A DNA stretch of 63,634 bases, counting the filler. It is 10 parts of 10 records of this genome, joined end to end, with 100 filler letters (N's around TTAATTAATTAA, not from the genome) between each part and the next. Parts side by side here need not be neighbours in the genome. Positions count along the whole stretch, not along the records: positions 51,867 to 57,596 come from SRR31156797_74807; positions 57,697 to 63,634 come from SRR31156797_75051; 8 more parts are not named here. The stretch is one strand, 5' to 3'. Below, one piece after another: positions 52,672 through 61,031 of the stretch (its first letter is position 1; each line of letters starts with the position of its first letter). A program made the position numbers and the translations under genes. The notes under the pieces were generated by a model that saw nothing but the letters and a program-made list of their open reading frames with translations, did not search any database and had not been told where the DNA came from.

Positions 52672-53727
52672 CTACTCCCACCCGCGTTCGTTGTGGTCCA
52701 TCGTATCTTTCCAGACTTCCAGATTCTCGAGATAGACGCTGGTACCGCGCGCGACACAACTGAGCGGGTCTTCGACCGTGTGGACGTTCAACCCAGTGGC
52801 ATTGCTCAACACAATGTCCAGGCCGCGCAGGCAGGAGCCTCCGCCACAGACGTGGATGCCGTTTTCGATGAGGTCGGCGGCTAGTTCCGGCTCAGCCTTC
52901 TCCAGCGTACCGGTGACCGCATCGATGATCGCCGTGATGGGGTCTTTCAGCGCCTCGCGAATCTCTTCACTGGTGATGACAATCTTGCGCGGCAGGCCAC
53001 TGATCGTGTCGCGGCCGGCGATTTCCATGGTCATCTCTTCCTGAAGCGGGGCGGCTGAGCCAATCGCGATCTTGACTTTCTCGGCGCGCGCCTCACCGAT
53101 CAGGAGGTTATAGGTCTTTTTGAGATGGTTGATGATGGCTTCGTCCATGTCGTCCCCGCCGATGCGAATGGATTCGGCGGTGGCGATATCGGCCAACGAC
53201 ATGATGGCGACTTCGGTGGTGCCGCCCCCGATGTCCACGATCATCGAAGCGGTCGGTTCGGTGATGGGTAACCCGGCGCCGATACCAGCTGCCATAGGCT
53301 CGTCCACCAGGTAGACTTTGCGGGCCCCGGCCCGCTCGGCACTGTCGACGACGGCTCGCCGTTCGACGGCCGTAATACCACTGGGAACGGCGATCACCAC
53401 GCGGGGACGCACCAGCCCGCCGCGCCCGTGGACCTTGCGAATGAAATAGCTCAGCATCGCTTCGGTGACTTCGAAGTCGCTGATCACGCCGTCTTTGAGC
53501 GGACGAATAGCACTGATGGAACCGGGAGTTTTGCCGAGCATGTCGCGTGCTACCAGACCGACAGCCTCACCGTCATTGAGGACGATGTTGGTCCCTTTGC
53601 GGACCGCGACGACCGACGGTTCATTGAGGACGATCCCCTTGTCTCGAACGCACACCAGCGTGGAGCAGGTACCGAGATCGATACCCATATCCATACTGAA
53701 AACGCCGAGGATTGAGTCCAATAGCAC
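52672..53727 (-). CDS. mreB: Rod shape-determining protein MreB
   Basis: GIDLGT, NEPSVVA, RPLKDGVI, EPMAA, DIGGGTTE, PELAAD; GTG 53727 follows AAGGAG. Confidence 0.97.
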   Translation of the reverse strand: MLLDSILGVFSMDMGIDLGTCSTLVCVRDKGIVLNEPSVVAVRKGTNIVLNDGEAVGLVARDMLGKTPGSISAIRPLKDGVISDFEVTEAMLSYFIRKVHGRGGLVRPRVVIAVPSGITAVERRAVVDSAERAGARKVYLVDEPMAAGIGAGLPITEPTASMIVDIGGGTTEVAIMSLADIATAESIRIGGDDMDEAIINHLKKTYNLLIGEARAEKVKIAIGSAAPLQEEMTMEIAGRDTISGLPRKIVITSEEIREALKDPITAIIDAVTGTLEKAEPELAADLIENGIHVCGGGSCLRGLDIVLSNATGLNVHTVEDPLSCVARGTSVYLENLEVWKDTMDHNERGWE

Positions 53728-53798
53728 AATCGACTCCTTTCTCACTTTGCCACTGGGGCATTGTCCTCCTCCGTGGGGGCATCGTCAAGAGGATTCTA

Positions 53799-53954
53799 TT
53801 AGGGCATGCCAAAAATCGTCTGGTATTGAGTGAAGCAGGAGAAGGCGACGAAGGCGGATGTTGCCAGGACGACCCCAAAGGCCACAGCCAAGATGGCTGT
53901 GTACAGATTACTGGGGACCGATCCCTTACCTCGTGATTGTGGCATCGGACTCAT
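53799..53954 (-). CDS. Small single-TM membrane protein, 51 aa (not in ORF track)
   Basis: GGGAGG ribosome-binding site, then MSPMPQSRGKGSVPSNLYTAILAVAFGVVLATSAFVAFSCFTQYQTIFGMP*; fills the gap upstream of mreB on the same strand. Confidence 0.75.
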   Translation of the reverse strand: MSPMPQSRGKGSVPSNLYTAILAVAFGVVLATSAFVAFSCFTQYQTIFGMP

Positions 53955-54012
53955 GTATCGTTAACCTCCCAGGGTGCGAAGTGAATGTCGCACCGGCCCG
54001 GTCGCGAGCGGT

Positions 54013-54888
54013 TTACAGATTGGTGGCACAGACGTCCCCGGCTTGCGGTGCGCCCTGCACGCGTTTGAGAATGCCCACGGCCTTGTCGGCATCGACGTCG
54101 AGGATCAGAATGTCACAGACGAACTGCTGACCGCGAATGACATGGAAGTTCATGTCCGGCTTGACGCCGGCGGCGGCTCCGATGGAAATCTCGGCCAGAG
54201 CGTTCTTCATATCCACGGCCGTGACCTGACCATTCAAACCGAGGTCCTTGGCAGTGGTCGGTGCCGCTGGTTGAGCGATGGCTGGTGCGGCTGTCACCGG
54301 TCGGGGTGTCACGGCTGCCTGGCCGCGCTGACGCAGGTACTGATTGAGTTGAGATTCGAGTTGCTGATTGGATTCGATCAACTGCCGGTTCTTCGCTTCG
54401 AGCTGTGCCACAACGGCCATCTTCTCGATCAGCATTTGGTTGGTTTCCTTCAGCTCCGTATCAAGCCGAGTCTGATCGGTCCGCAAGGCCACGACATCCA
54501 GTTGAGCCGCCTGGGCCTGTTGCATCTGGCTGGCCTGCAGCGCATTGGCTTGCTCGACCGTGGCCCCCATGTCAGTGACGCGCTGGACCAACTGGGCGTT
54601 CTCCCGCTTGACGGCGTCGAGGTTGGCCTGGAGATCCGACAGCGCGACCTGCAACTCGTTCATCTGGGCTTCAAGCTCTCGCCGCGCGTTCTCGGCCGCC
54701 GTCTTGTTGTCGTCCATGTCGCTGACGGCATCATCTGCTGTCCGCTGGGCCGAATCGAGATTGCGCTTGAGCGTATCGGCGCGTTCGCGCTGGTTCTCCG
54801 CGTTGGCCACGTACGTGACAACGATGCCGCAGAGGAAGATGGAAAAGACAGTCAGTAAGACAATCAGAACCTTCGTAAGCGTGCTCAA
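54013..54888 (-). CDS. Membrane-anchored long coiled-coil protein with C-terminal beta domain
   Basis: N-terminal TM, about 170-aa heptad-like region, Pro/Ala linker, GQVTAVD...ISIG...GVK...F.V.R; AAAGGAG upstream. Confidence 0.75.
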   Translation of the reverse strand: MSTLTKVLIVLLTVFSIFLCGIVVTYVANAENQRERADTLKRNLDSAQRTADDAVSDMDDNKTAAENARRELEAQMNELQVALSDLQANLDAVKRENAQLVQRVTDMGATVEQANALQASQMQQAQAAQLDVVALRTDQTRLDTELKETNQMLIEKMAVVAQLEAKNRQLIESNQQLESQLNQYLRQRGQAAVTPRPVTAAPAIAQPAAPTTAKDLGLNGQVTAVDMKNALAEISIGAAAGVKPDMNFHVIRGQQFVCDILILDVDADKAVGILKRVQGAPQAGDVCATNL

Positions 54889-55047
54889 GACAGGCTCCTT
54901 TCACCAATAAGCGCGTTGTTTAGACTCCTGCGACACCCCATTGTATCGGACGTTAGGTCCCCGTCCACCAATCGCAGTCGGGAGCGTCACGTCGTTGCCA
55001 GATATCACACTCCAGCCTACGTTCCGATACGGTAACTGCGTACTATA

Positions 55048-55076
55048 ATTTTACGCATGGGCCCTAAAAAGGTCAA
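55048..55076 (-). promoter_or_regulatory. Sigma70-type promoter for the coiled-coil/small protein/mreBC unit
   Basis: TTGACC-N17-TAAAAT; inverted repeat TGCGTA...TACGCA (55037-55057) overlaps the -10. Confidence 0.6.
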
Positions 55077-55235
55077 GGTATTTTTCCCAAATAGCCCAAA
55101 TAGAATGAGTTATATCCCTTGCCGGGGGGCGGGCCGGGTGTTTTCGGACCTTATTGCCCGTCGGAACGGCCAGGCCGGTGCGCAGGACAGGATCCGGCCG
55201 GATGTGTCCCCTGCATTGGCAGGGAGGTCCATAGC

Positions 55236-56306
55236 CTATCTGGCGGACGCCTGGAGGATGGCCTTAGCAGCCGCGAGGCGGACCGTTTGGGATGGATCCT
55301 GGAGCAATTCGGGTAGGTGTCGGGCCAGGGTTGGTGTGCCAATCTCGCCAATGGCCAGGGCCGCCAGTACCTTGACCCGGTTGACGCTCTGGGGATCCAT
55401 CTGGGCCAGGAAGCTCCTGCTGAGGACCTCCTGGACTTTCGGTTCCCCGACGGCGCTGCCGAGTTTGCCAAGTTGCTCGGCTGCGGCCAGGCGTACCTCG
55501 ACGACCGTATCGTCGAGCATGGTGATCAGCGCGTTCCTGGCTTCTTCCGTGCCGAGGGCGCCCATGGCGCTAACGCCCACCATGCGATCATCGGCGTAGG
55601 CACTGATCAGGCGGGTCCACAGCTTGCGATAGATTCGTGCATCACCCAACAGGGCGATTGATTCGACCGCCTGGAGCAGCACTCTGTCCGTCGAGTCGGG
55701 TTGCTGCAACGTCCAGTAAAGAAGTTGCAGGACTTCCTGGCGGCCGGTCTTTCCCAACAGCAGGGCCGCGTTGGCCCGGATCGTCTGGTCCTTGCTGGCG
55801 ACACCGTCGCGGAGGACCGGGAAGTACTTGGGCTCGCCGAGTTGCAGCAAGCCATAGGCGGCTGCCATCCGAACGTTTGCATCGGGGTCCTTCAACAGCG
55901 CTGTCACTTCCTCCTTGGCCAGTGCGTACTGGAGGTCGCCGACAGCCAGCGCGGCCAGAAAGCGCACCTGGACGGCCGGGTCGTGCAGCATCCGTTGAAT
56001 CTTGGGCAGCAGCTGGACGGCGCGAACGGTGGCGATGACTTCGACGGCATTGGCCCGAACGCGCGGATCGATGTCGGCCAGACCTTCCAGCAGAATCTGG
56101 TGCGCTTCGGACTGAGGGTCACCCGTCAGCGGCCGGCGCGGTGCGATGCGGGGCGGAGCGGCCGAGGGATCGAACGGAAGGGGCCTTTGGGACGGCGGCT
56201 CACATCCGCCCACCGCCAGCGTCAACAGACAGGCCGATGTTAGGGCGAACACACCCAGCACGGACTTCATTTTCGGACTCCCACACGACTTGACAGCATT
56301 ATTCAT
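55236..56306 (-). CDS. HEAT-repeat lipoprotein
   Basis: Lipobox AVGGC; repeated L.D....VR..AA..LG units. Confidence 0.85.
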   Translation of the reverse strand: MNNAVKSCGSPKMKSVLGVFALTSACLLTLAVGGCEPPSQRPLPFDPSAAPPRIAPRRPLTGDPQSEAHQILLEGLADIDPRVRANAVEVIATVRAVQLLPKIQRMLHDPAVQVRFLAALAVGDLQYALAKEEVTALLKDPDANVRMAAAYGLLQLGEPKYFPVLRDGVASKDQTIRANAALLLGKTGRQEVLQLLYWTLQQPDSTDRVLLQAVESIALLGDARIYRKLWTRLISAYADDRMVGVSAMGALGTEEARNALITMLDDTVVEVRLAAAEQLGKLGSAVGEPKVQEVLSRSFLAQMDPQSVNRVKVLAALAIGEIGTPTLARHLPELLQDPSQTVRLAAAKAILQASAR

Positions 56307-56309
56307 TGC

Positions 56310-57596
56310 CTATGCGGCTGGCTTGTCCTGCGACCTGCGGGCCCGGCGTCGCAAGACGCTCGCAACGGCCGGTCCCGCCAGCAGAGCGACAAAGACCACC
56401 GCACAGATCGTATCCAACCACTGACCGTGGCGACTGTAGAATGTCACCCTACTATCTATCGGCATTCGGTCGAGGAACCATCCAGCCATACCCGTTCGGC
56501 GCATGGCGTTGCCGGGGAATCCTTCACTGGCGGCGCTGTAGTCGTTGCGCATCCGCCCGGTCGAATCGATCAGGCAACTGATGCCCGTGTTGACGCTACG
56601 CAGGATGGGCAGCCTGTTTTCCACGGCCCGGAACACGCAGATGGCGGCGTGCTGCGCCAACTCGCTGCTGGCTTCCACGCTGGGGGGCTCTTCCTGGAAG
56701 CGGACGAACCAGCCGTCGTTGCTGATGTTGACCAGCCAGTCGACGCGCTTACGACCGTTTTCGTCGAGAGCGAAATGGCGGGCGACATAGGGGATCGCGT
56801 CTTCGTAGCAGATGATCGTGCCGAAGCGATAGGTTGCCTTCGGCTCGGGCGGGACATTGGGCTCGGTTGGTCCGATAGGGGTGGTCATTTCGAACACCGT
56901 ATAGTCGGTTCCGTGTTCGAGCGAGTAGTCGTAGTGGTATTCTTTGGGCGTGAACCGCTTGAGCTGCTGGTAGAGCCAGTTGAAGCTGCGGCGAAACGGG
57001 ATGTACTCGCCAAAGAGGACCAAATGGATCTTGCTGTAGCGATTGGGATCACGAGTGCCGTCGGCGCGGTAGAAGAAGGCCGAATTGTAGTTGCCCAGAT
57101 AGCGGTCACCCTGGGCGTCGGTGAGAATCTCAGCGCCGTAGCCGCCGACGAGGACATAGGCCGTGTCCCTGGCATGTTCCATGAGCGTTTCGTGAAAGAC
57201 CTTGTCCTGCTCCGGGGGCGGCGTCAGACGGGGCCACAGCTCGGGCTGCAAGATGGCCTGGACCATGGTCTCGGGCCAGGCGATCAGTTCGGCGCCGGCT
57301 GCGGCGGCCGCTTCGCTCTGGGCCAGAAGTTCGGCAAACAGCTTGTCGCTGGACATGTGGCTGATCTTGACCGATTGCGGTACGTTCGACTGCAAGGCAG
57401 CCACCTGGGGGCCTTCAGTGACGTATGCACTGCTCTGGTCGATTCGCCAGTGGCCATACCATACCGTCGCGGCGACCACGACCACGACCACGCCTGCCCT
57501 AATGGCCAGAGATATCCCGGAGGGTGTCCGGCCCGCGAAGTAGGCTTCGAAGATGTTCGGGGCCTCTGGTGTAGGGGCAGGCCCCTGTGCCTGCCC
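56310..57596 (-). CDS. lnt: Apolipoprotein N-acyltransferase (5' truncated)
   Basis: Q.NVPQ..K, WPET, YNSA, KIHLVLFGEYIP, ICYE, NISNDGWF, RAVENR, NTGIS; frame is open to the contig edge. Confidence 0.93.
   Translation of the reverse strand, partial: GQAQGPAPTPEAPNIFEAYFAGRTPSGISLAIRAGVVVVVVAATVWYGHWRIDQSSAYVTEGPQVAALQSNVPQSVKISHMSSDKLFAELLAQSEAAAAAGAELIAWPETMVQAILQPELWPRLTPPPEQDKVFHETLMEHARDTAYVLVGGYGAEILTDAQGDRYLGNYNSAFFYRADGTRDPNRYSKIHLVLFGEYIPFRRSFNWLYQQLKRFTPKEYHYDYSLEHGTDYTVFEMTTPIGPTEPNVPPEPKATYRFGTIICYEDAIPYVARHFALDENGRKRVDWLVNISNDGWFVRFQEEPPSVEASSELAQHAAICVFRAVENRLPILRSVNTGISCLIDSTGRMRNDYSAASEGFPGNAMRRTGMAGWFLDRMPIDSRVTFYSRHGQWLDTICAVVFVALLAGPAVASVLRRRARRSQDKPAA
57571..57596 (+). repeat. 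GTAG-type REP palindrome
   Basis: GTAG + GGGCAGGC-CCCTGT-GCCTGCCC perfect 8-bp stem; the contig ends exactly here. Confidence 0.7.
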
Positions 57597-57696
57597 NNNN
57601 NNNNNNNNNNNNNNNNNNNNNNNNNNNNNNNNNNNNNNNNTTAATTAATTAANNNNNNNNNNNNNNNNNNNNNNNNNNNNNNNNNNNNNNNNNNNN
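57597..57696. other. Artificial contig spacer
   Basis: N run + TTAATTAATTAA + N run. Confidence 0.99.
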
Positions 57697-57697
57697 C

Positions 57698-57916
57698 ATG
57701 GACTGCCAGATGCCGGAAATGGACGGTTACCAGGCCACCCGGGAAATCAGGCAACATGAAGCAACTCTTGGCACCCACACCCCAATCATCGCCATCACCG
57801 CTCATGCCATGACGAATGATAAGGAGAAGTGCCGGGATGCTGGCATGGACGATTTTTTGACCAAACCCTTCATGATGGAAGGTCTTTTGGAAATACTAAA
57901 AAAATGGAGCCCTTAG
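57698..57916 (+). CDS. Receiver-domain C-terminus, probably of a hybrid histidine kinase (5' truncated)
   Basis: MDCQMPEMDGY, PIIAITAHA, AGMDDFLTKP. Confidence 0.88.
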   Translation: MDCQMPEMDGYQATREIRQHEATLGTHTPIIAITAHAMTNDKEKCRDAGMDDFLTKPFMMEGLLEILKKWSP

Positions 57917-58503
57917 TCGAACAGCGTAATATCTCCCGGCTCCTCCAGCTGTTCCTTGATCCGGTTCCGTTTTGTCTGTTCTGCGGCCACTAAAGATTTC
58001 ATGGATGGCACGCGCTTTAAAAAGACCTCACCTGTGGCAATATTAAAAAAGATTTTGCGTGAATCATGGCCGCCAAAATCACGACTCAGGATCTTAATTT
58101 TTTCCGCCCGGAGAAAATCAACCACAAATTCTACATTCCTTGCCCCCACAGCATTCTCCTGGGAAACGGCCATCAGCAGATTAGCCCCACCAAAAGTCTT
58201 GGCAACTATTTTTTTACGATTTCCACCCAGTCGCATGATGGCGTTGATCAACAACTCCATGGCATTGATGCCATAGCGGGCAGAGGCATCGTATTTATTA
58301 ATATCCGGATTGGACGGCATAAGGATGTGATTCATACCGCCGATTTTGTTTTCCGGATCATACAGACATACCGCTACACATGAGCCGAGTACGGTATGGA
58401 TGACAACATCCTGGCTGCTGGCAAAATAGTCTCCGATACCGATGGCGACTTGATTTACCGCCCGCTTAAATGGTCCAGCACTTTTTGAGTAAGGCGTCTG
58501 CAA
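57913..58503 (-). CDS. cheD: Chemoreceptor glutamine deamidase CheD
   Basis: [31 protein letters not shown]; start uncertain. Confidence 0.9.
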   Translation of the reverse strand: MQTPYSKSAGPFKRAVNQVAIGIGDYFASSQDVVIHTVLGSCVAVCLYDPENKIGGMNHILMPSNPDINKYDASARYGINAMELLINAIMRLGGNRKKIVAKTFGGANLLMAVSQENAVGARNVEFVVDFLRAEKIKILSRDFGGHDSRKIFFNIATGEVFLKRVPSMKSLVAAEQTKRNRIKEQLEEPGDITLFD

Positions 58504-59548
58504 TTTTATCCAATGGAAGAATGCTGTTCACAGCATCAAGTTTAATGGCTTTTTGGGGCATACCAAACACCACACAGGACGCTTTGTCCTGGGCAATGTT
58601 ATAGGCCCCGGCCTGTTTCATTTCCAACATTCCTTTGGCACCGTCATCACCCATCCCAGTCATGATGACGCCCAGGGCATTTTTCCCGGCATATCGGGCA
58701 GTAGAACGAAAAAGAACATCCACAGAGGGACGGTGACGGGAGACCAACGGGCCGTCCCGGACCTCAACATAATACCTGGCACCACTTCTTTTCAGCAACA
58801 GGTGACGATTGCCGGGGGCGATAAGTACCCGGCCCCGTAAAACAGTGTCATTATTTTCCGCCTCCTTGACAGACACATGGCAAACTTTATCCATTCGGTC
58901 GGCAAAGGCCTTGGTGAAATTGGCAGGCATATGCTGAACCACAACCATACCGGGCGTATCCTGGGGCAACCGTTCAAAAAAGGCCCTTAACGCTTCTGTC
59001 CCCCCGGTTGAAGCACCGACGACAATGACTTTTTCCGTAGTGTTCTCCATAGTTTTGCCGGGCGGGCCAGGTAAAATGGCATCTGCGGTCAATTTTGGAG
59101 AGACGTTAATGGATTTGACATGTCTGCGAACCGTAATCTTGACCATGGCAGCTGCCTTAACCGTGTCACAGATTTTTATTTTTGATTCTTCAAAAAATTT
59201 TTTTGTACCCAGGTTCGGTTTTTCAATCACTTCCACAGCCCCATTTTCCAAGGCTGATAATGCGATCTGGCTCCGTTGGTTTGCCAGGGTCGAACAGATG
59301 ATCACAGGAATGGGATGCTGGGCCATAATTCGTTTCAAAAAAGTAATCCCATCCATGCGGGGCATTTCAACATCCAGAATAATGACATCCGGCACCTCAT
59401 TGCGGATCTTTGAGGCGGCAAGGATCGGATCCTGGGCCATGGCCATAATCTCAATTTCCGGATCAGAAGTCAGTACCTTGGACAGAGCGTTTCGAGTTAG
59501 CGCGGAATCATCCACAATCAGCACTCTAATTTTTTTCCCCATTTTCAC
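58466..59548 (-). CDS. cheB: Chemotaxis methylesterase CheB
   Basis: Receiver domain plus GASTGG, QHMP, HRPSVD, TGMGDDG. Confidence 0.97.
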   Translation of the reverse strand: MKMGKKIRVLIVDDSALTRNALSKVLTSDPEIEIMAMAQDPILAASKIRNEVPDVIILDVEMPRMDGITFLKRIMAQHPIPVIICSTLANQRSQIALSALENGAVEVIEKPNLGTKKFFEESKIKICDTVKAAAMVKITVRRHVKSINVSPKLTADAILPGPPGKTMENTTEKVIVVGASTGGTEALRAFFERLPQDTPGMVVVQHMPANFTKAFADRMDKVCHVSVKEAENNDTVLRGRVLIAPGNRHLLLKRSGARYYVEVRDGPLVSRHRPSVDVLFRSTARYAGKNALGVIMTGMGDDGAKGMLEMKQAGAYNIAQDKASCVVFGMPQKAIKLDAVNSILPLDKIADALLKKCWTI

Positions 59549-59557
59549 CTTCGTTTT

Positions 59558-60424
59558 TTATCGTGTTGGGCCATTACCCACTTTTTGATAAATCGTCGTT
59601 TCAATTATTTTTAATGGAAACTCAGCGTGCTGGATGACTTCTGAATGCCCCATAAACAGAAAGCCCCCCGGTTTTAAATGGGTTAACAACCGATGCAGAA
59701 CCCGGTACTGGGTTTGCTTTTCAAAATAAATCATTACATTTCTGCAGAATATAATATCCATTTGCTCAATGCCGCTATAATGTTTATTCATCAAATTTAA
59801 ACGAAGCAACCTCACTTTGGATCGAAGTTGGGGTACAATTCTGACCATATTTTTACTTCTATCTTTGCTTCGCAAAAAATATTTTTTTCTCAGCGCCATG
59901 GGCACCGGTTCAATCTCCTCATGGGCGTAGACTGCTTTTTGGGCAACATTCAGCACGTCAGTGGAAATGTCTGTACCAAGAATACTAAAGTCTATATTTT
60001 GGTGTTGTTCCGCATATTCAGACAACACCATAGCCAAGGAATAGGGCTCATGCCCCCGGGAACAGGCAGCGCTCCATATATACAATTTTTTGGCGTCGCC
60101 TGTGGGCACTGAAAAAAGCAGTTCCGGCAACGCTTTTTGCTCCAGAAAAACAAATTGTCTGAATTCCCTGAAAAAATCGGTTTTATTGGTTGTAACCTGA
60201 TTAATAAAAAAGGGCAGTTCATCTTTTTGCCCCCGGGGACTGAACAGATAAGCACTATATTCTTTATAAGAAGATATATTCAGGTCTCTTAAGCGTTTAC
60301 GCAAACGCGATTCAACCATACCACGTTTGGCATCCGGCATCTTGATACCCAGTTGCTCGTGGATATAGCCGCCTAATCGCCTGAACTCGGCCATGCCAAG
60401 CGAGGGCTGGGACAAAAAGCTCAT
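59558..60424 (-). CDS. cheR: Chemotaxis methyltransferase CheR
   Basis: TTNKTDFFRE, WSAACS.G.EPYS, IFCRNVMIYF, GHSE. Confidence 0.96.
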   Translation of the reverse strand: MSFLSQPSLGMAEFRRLGGYIHEQLGIKMPDAKRGMVESRLRKRLRDLNISSYKEYSAYLFSPRGQKDELPFFINQVTTNKTDFFREFRQFVFLEQKALPELLFSVPTGDAKKLYIWSAACSRGHEPYSLAMVLSEYAEQHQNIDFSILGTDISTDVLNVAQKAVYAHEEIEPVPMALRKKYFLRSKDRSKNMVRIVPQLRSKVRLLRLNLMNKHYSGIEQMDIIFCRNVMIYFEKQTQYRVLHRLLTHLKPGGFLFMGHSEVIQHAEFPLKIIETTIYQKVGNGPTR

Positions 60425-60464
60425 AATCTACCCTTTCCGGGGTACTGTTAGCAAGGCATTGCGC

Positions 60465-61004
60465 CTAATCATCTTTTTCTTGCCCGGCATTTGCATCCTC
60501 AGATATTTCAGGTATGGGTATTTCATCAGCAGTCTGGACAATGGCAAGCTCCTGGGCAGAAAAAACTTTGCTCGTTTCAAGAATGATAATAAAATCTTTA
60601 TCTGTTATCCCCATACCCTTTATAAATTCAGTCTTGAGCCGGGTGCCGATCCTGGGTGGCGGATCAATCTGTTCGGGTTCAAGGCTGATCACTTCTTGAA
60701 CCGCATCCACCAAAATACCAAGTACGGTCAGTTCATCATCGAGAAAGACCTCAATAATGACAATGCATGCTTCTTTTAAAAAAGTAGCCTTTTCCAGACC
60801 GAATTTAAGCCTAAGATCCACAACCGGTACCACCCTTCCCCTTAGATTGATGACCCCGCACATAAAATCCGGCATCTGGGGCACCTTGGTGATTTGAATG
60901 ATATCAAGTACCTCACGGACCGTTGTTATGTCCATGGCATAAGTTTCTTTATCCAGTTTAAATGTCAGGTACTGGCTTGTCTGGGTGATGCCCTGTACAT
61001 TCAT
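60465..61004 (-). CDS. cheW: Chemotaxis adaptor CheW
   Basis: QYLTF, GVINLRG.VVPVVDLR, GILVD.V.EV. Confidence 0.96.
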   Translation of the reverse strand: MNVQGITQTSQYLTFKLDKETYAMDITTVREVLDIIQITKVPQMPDFMCGVINLRGRVVPVVDLRLKFGLEKATFLKEACIVIIEVFLDDELTVLGILVDAVQEVISLEPEQIDPPPRIGTRLKTEFIKGMGITDKDFIIILETSKVFSAQELAIVQTADEIPIPEISEDANAGQEKDD

Positions 61005-61031
61005 TGATCCTCCTCCAATATGATTAATCTG

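Noticed and set aside
54943..55030. SAM-I riboswitch, 6S RNA or SRP RNA identity for the structured leader
   Set aside because: It has ATC...GAT and GCAAC but lacks the SAM-I kink-turn and pseudoknot pattern, lacks the SRP GGAA loop motif, and is too short for 6S.
40593..57596. Many long opposite-strand ORFs (e.g. 43302-44810, 46959-48275, 49492-50769, 56427-57644)
   Set aside because: Antisense shadows of real genes in high-GC DNA; no recognisable motifs.
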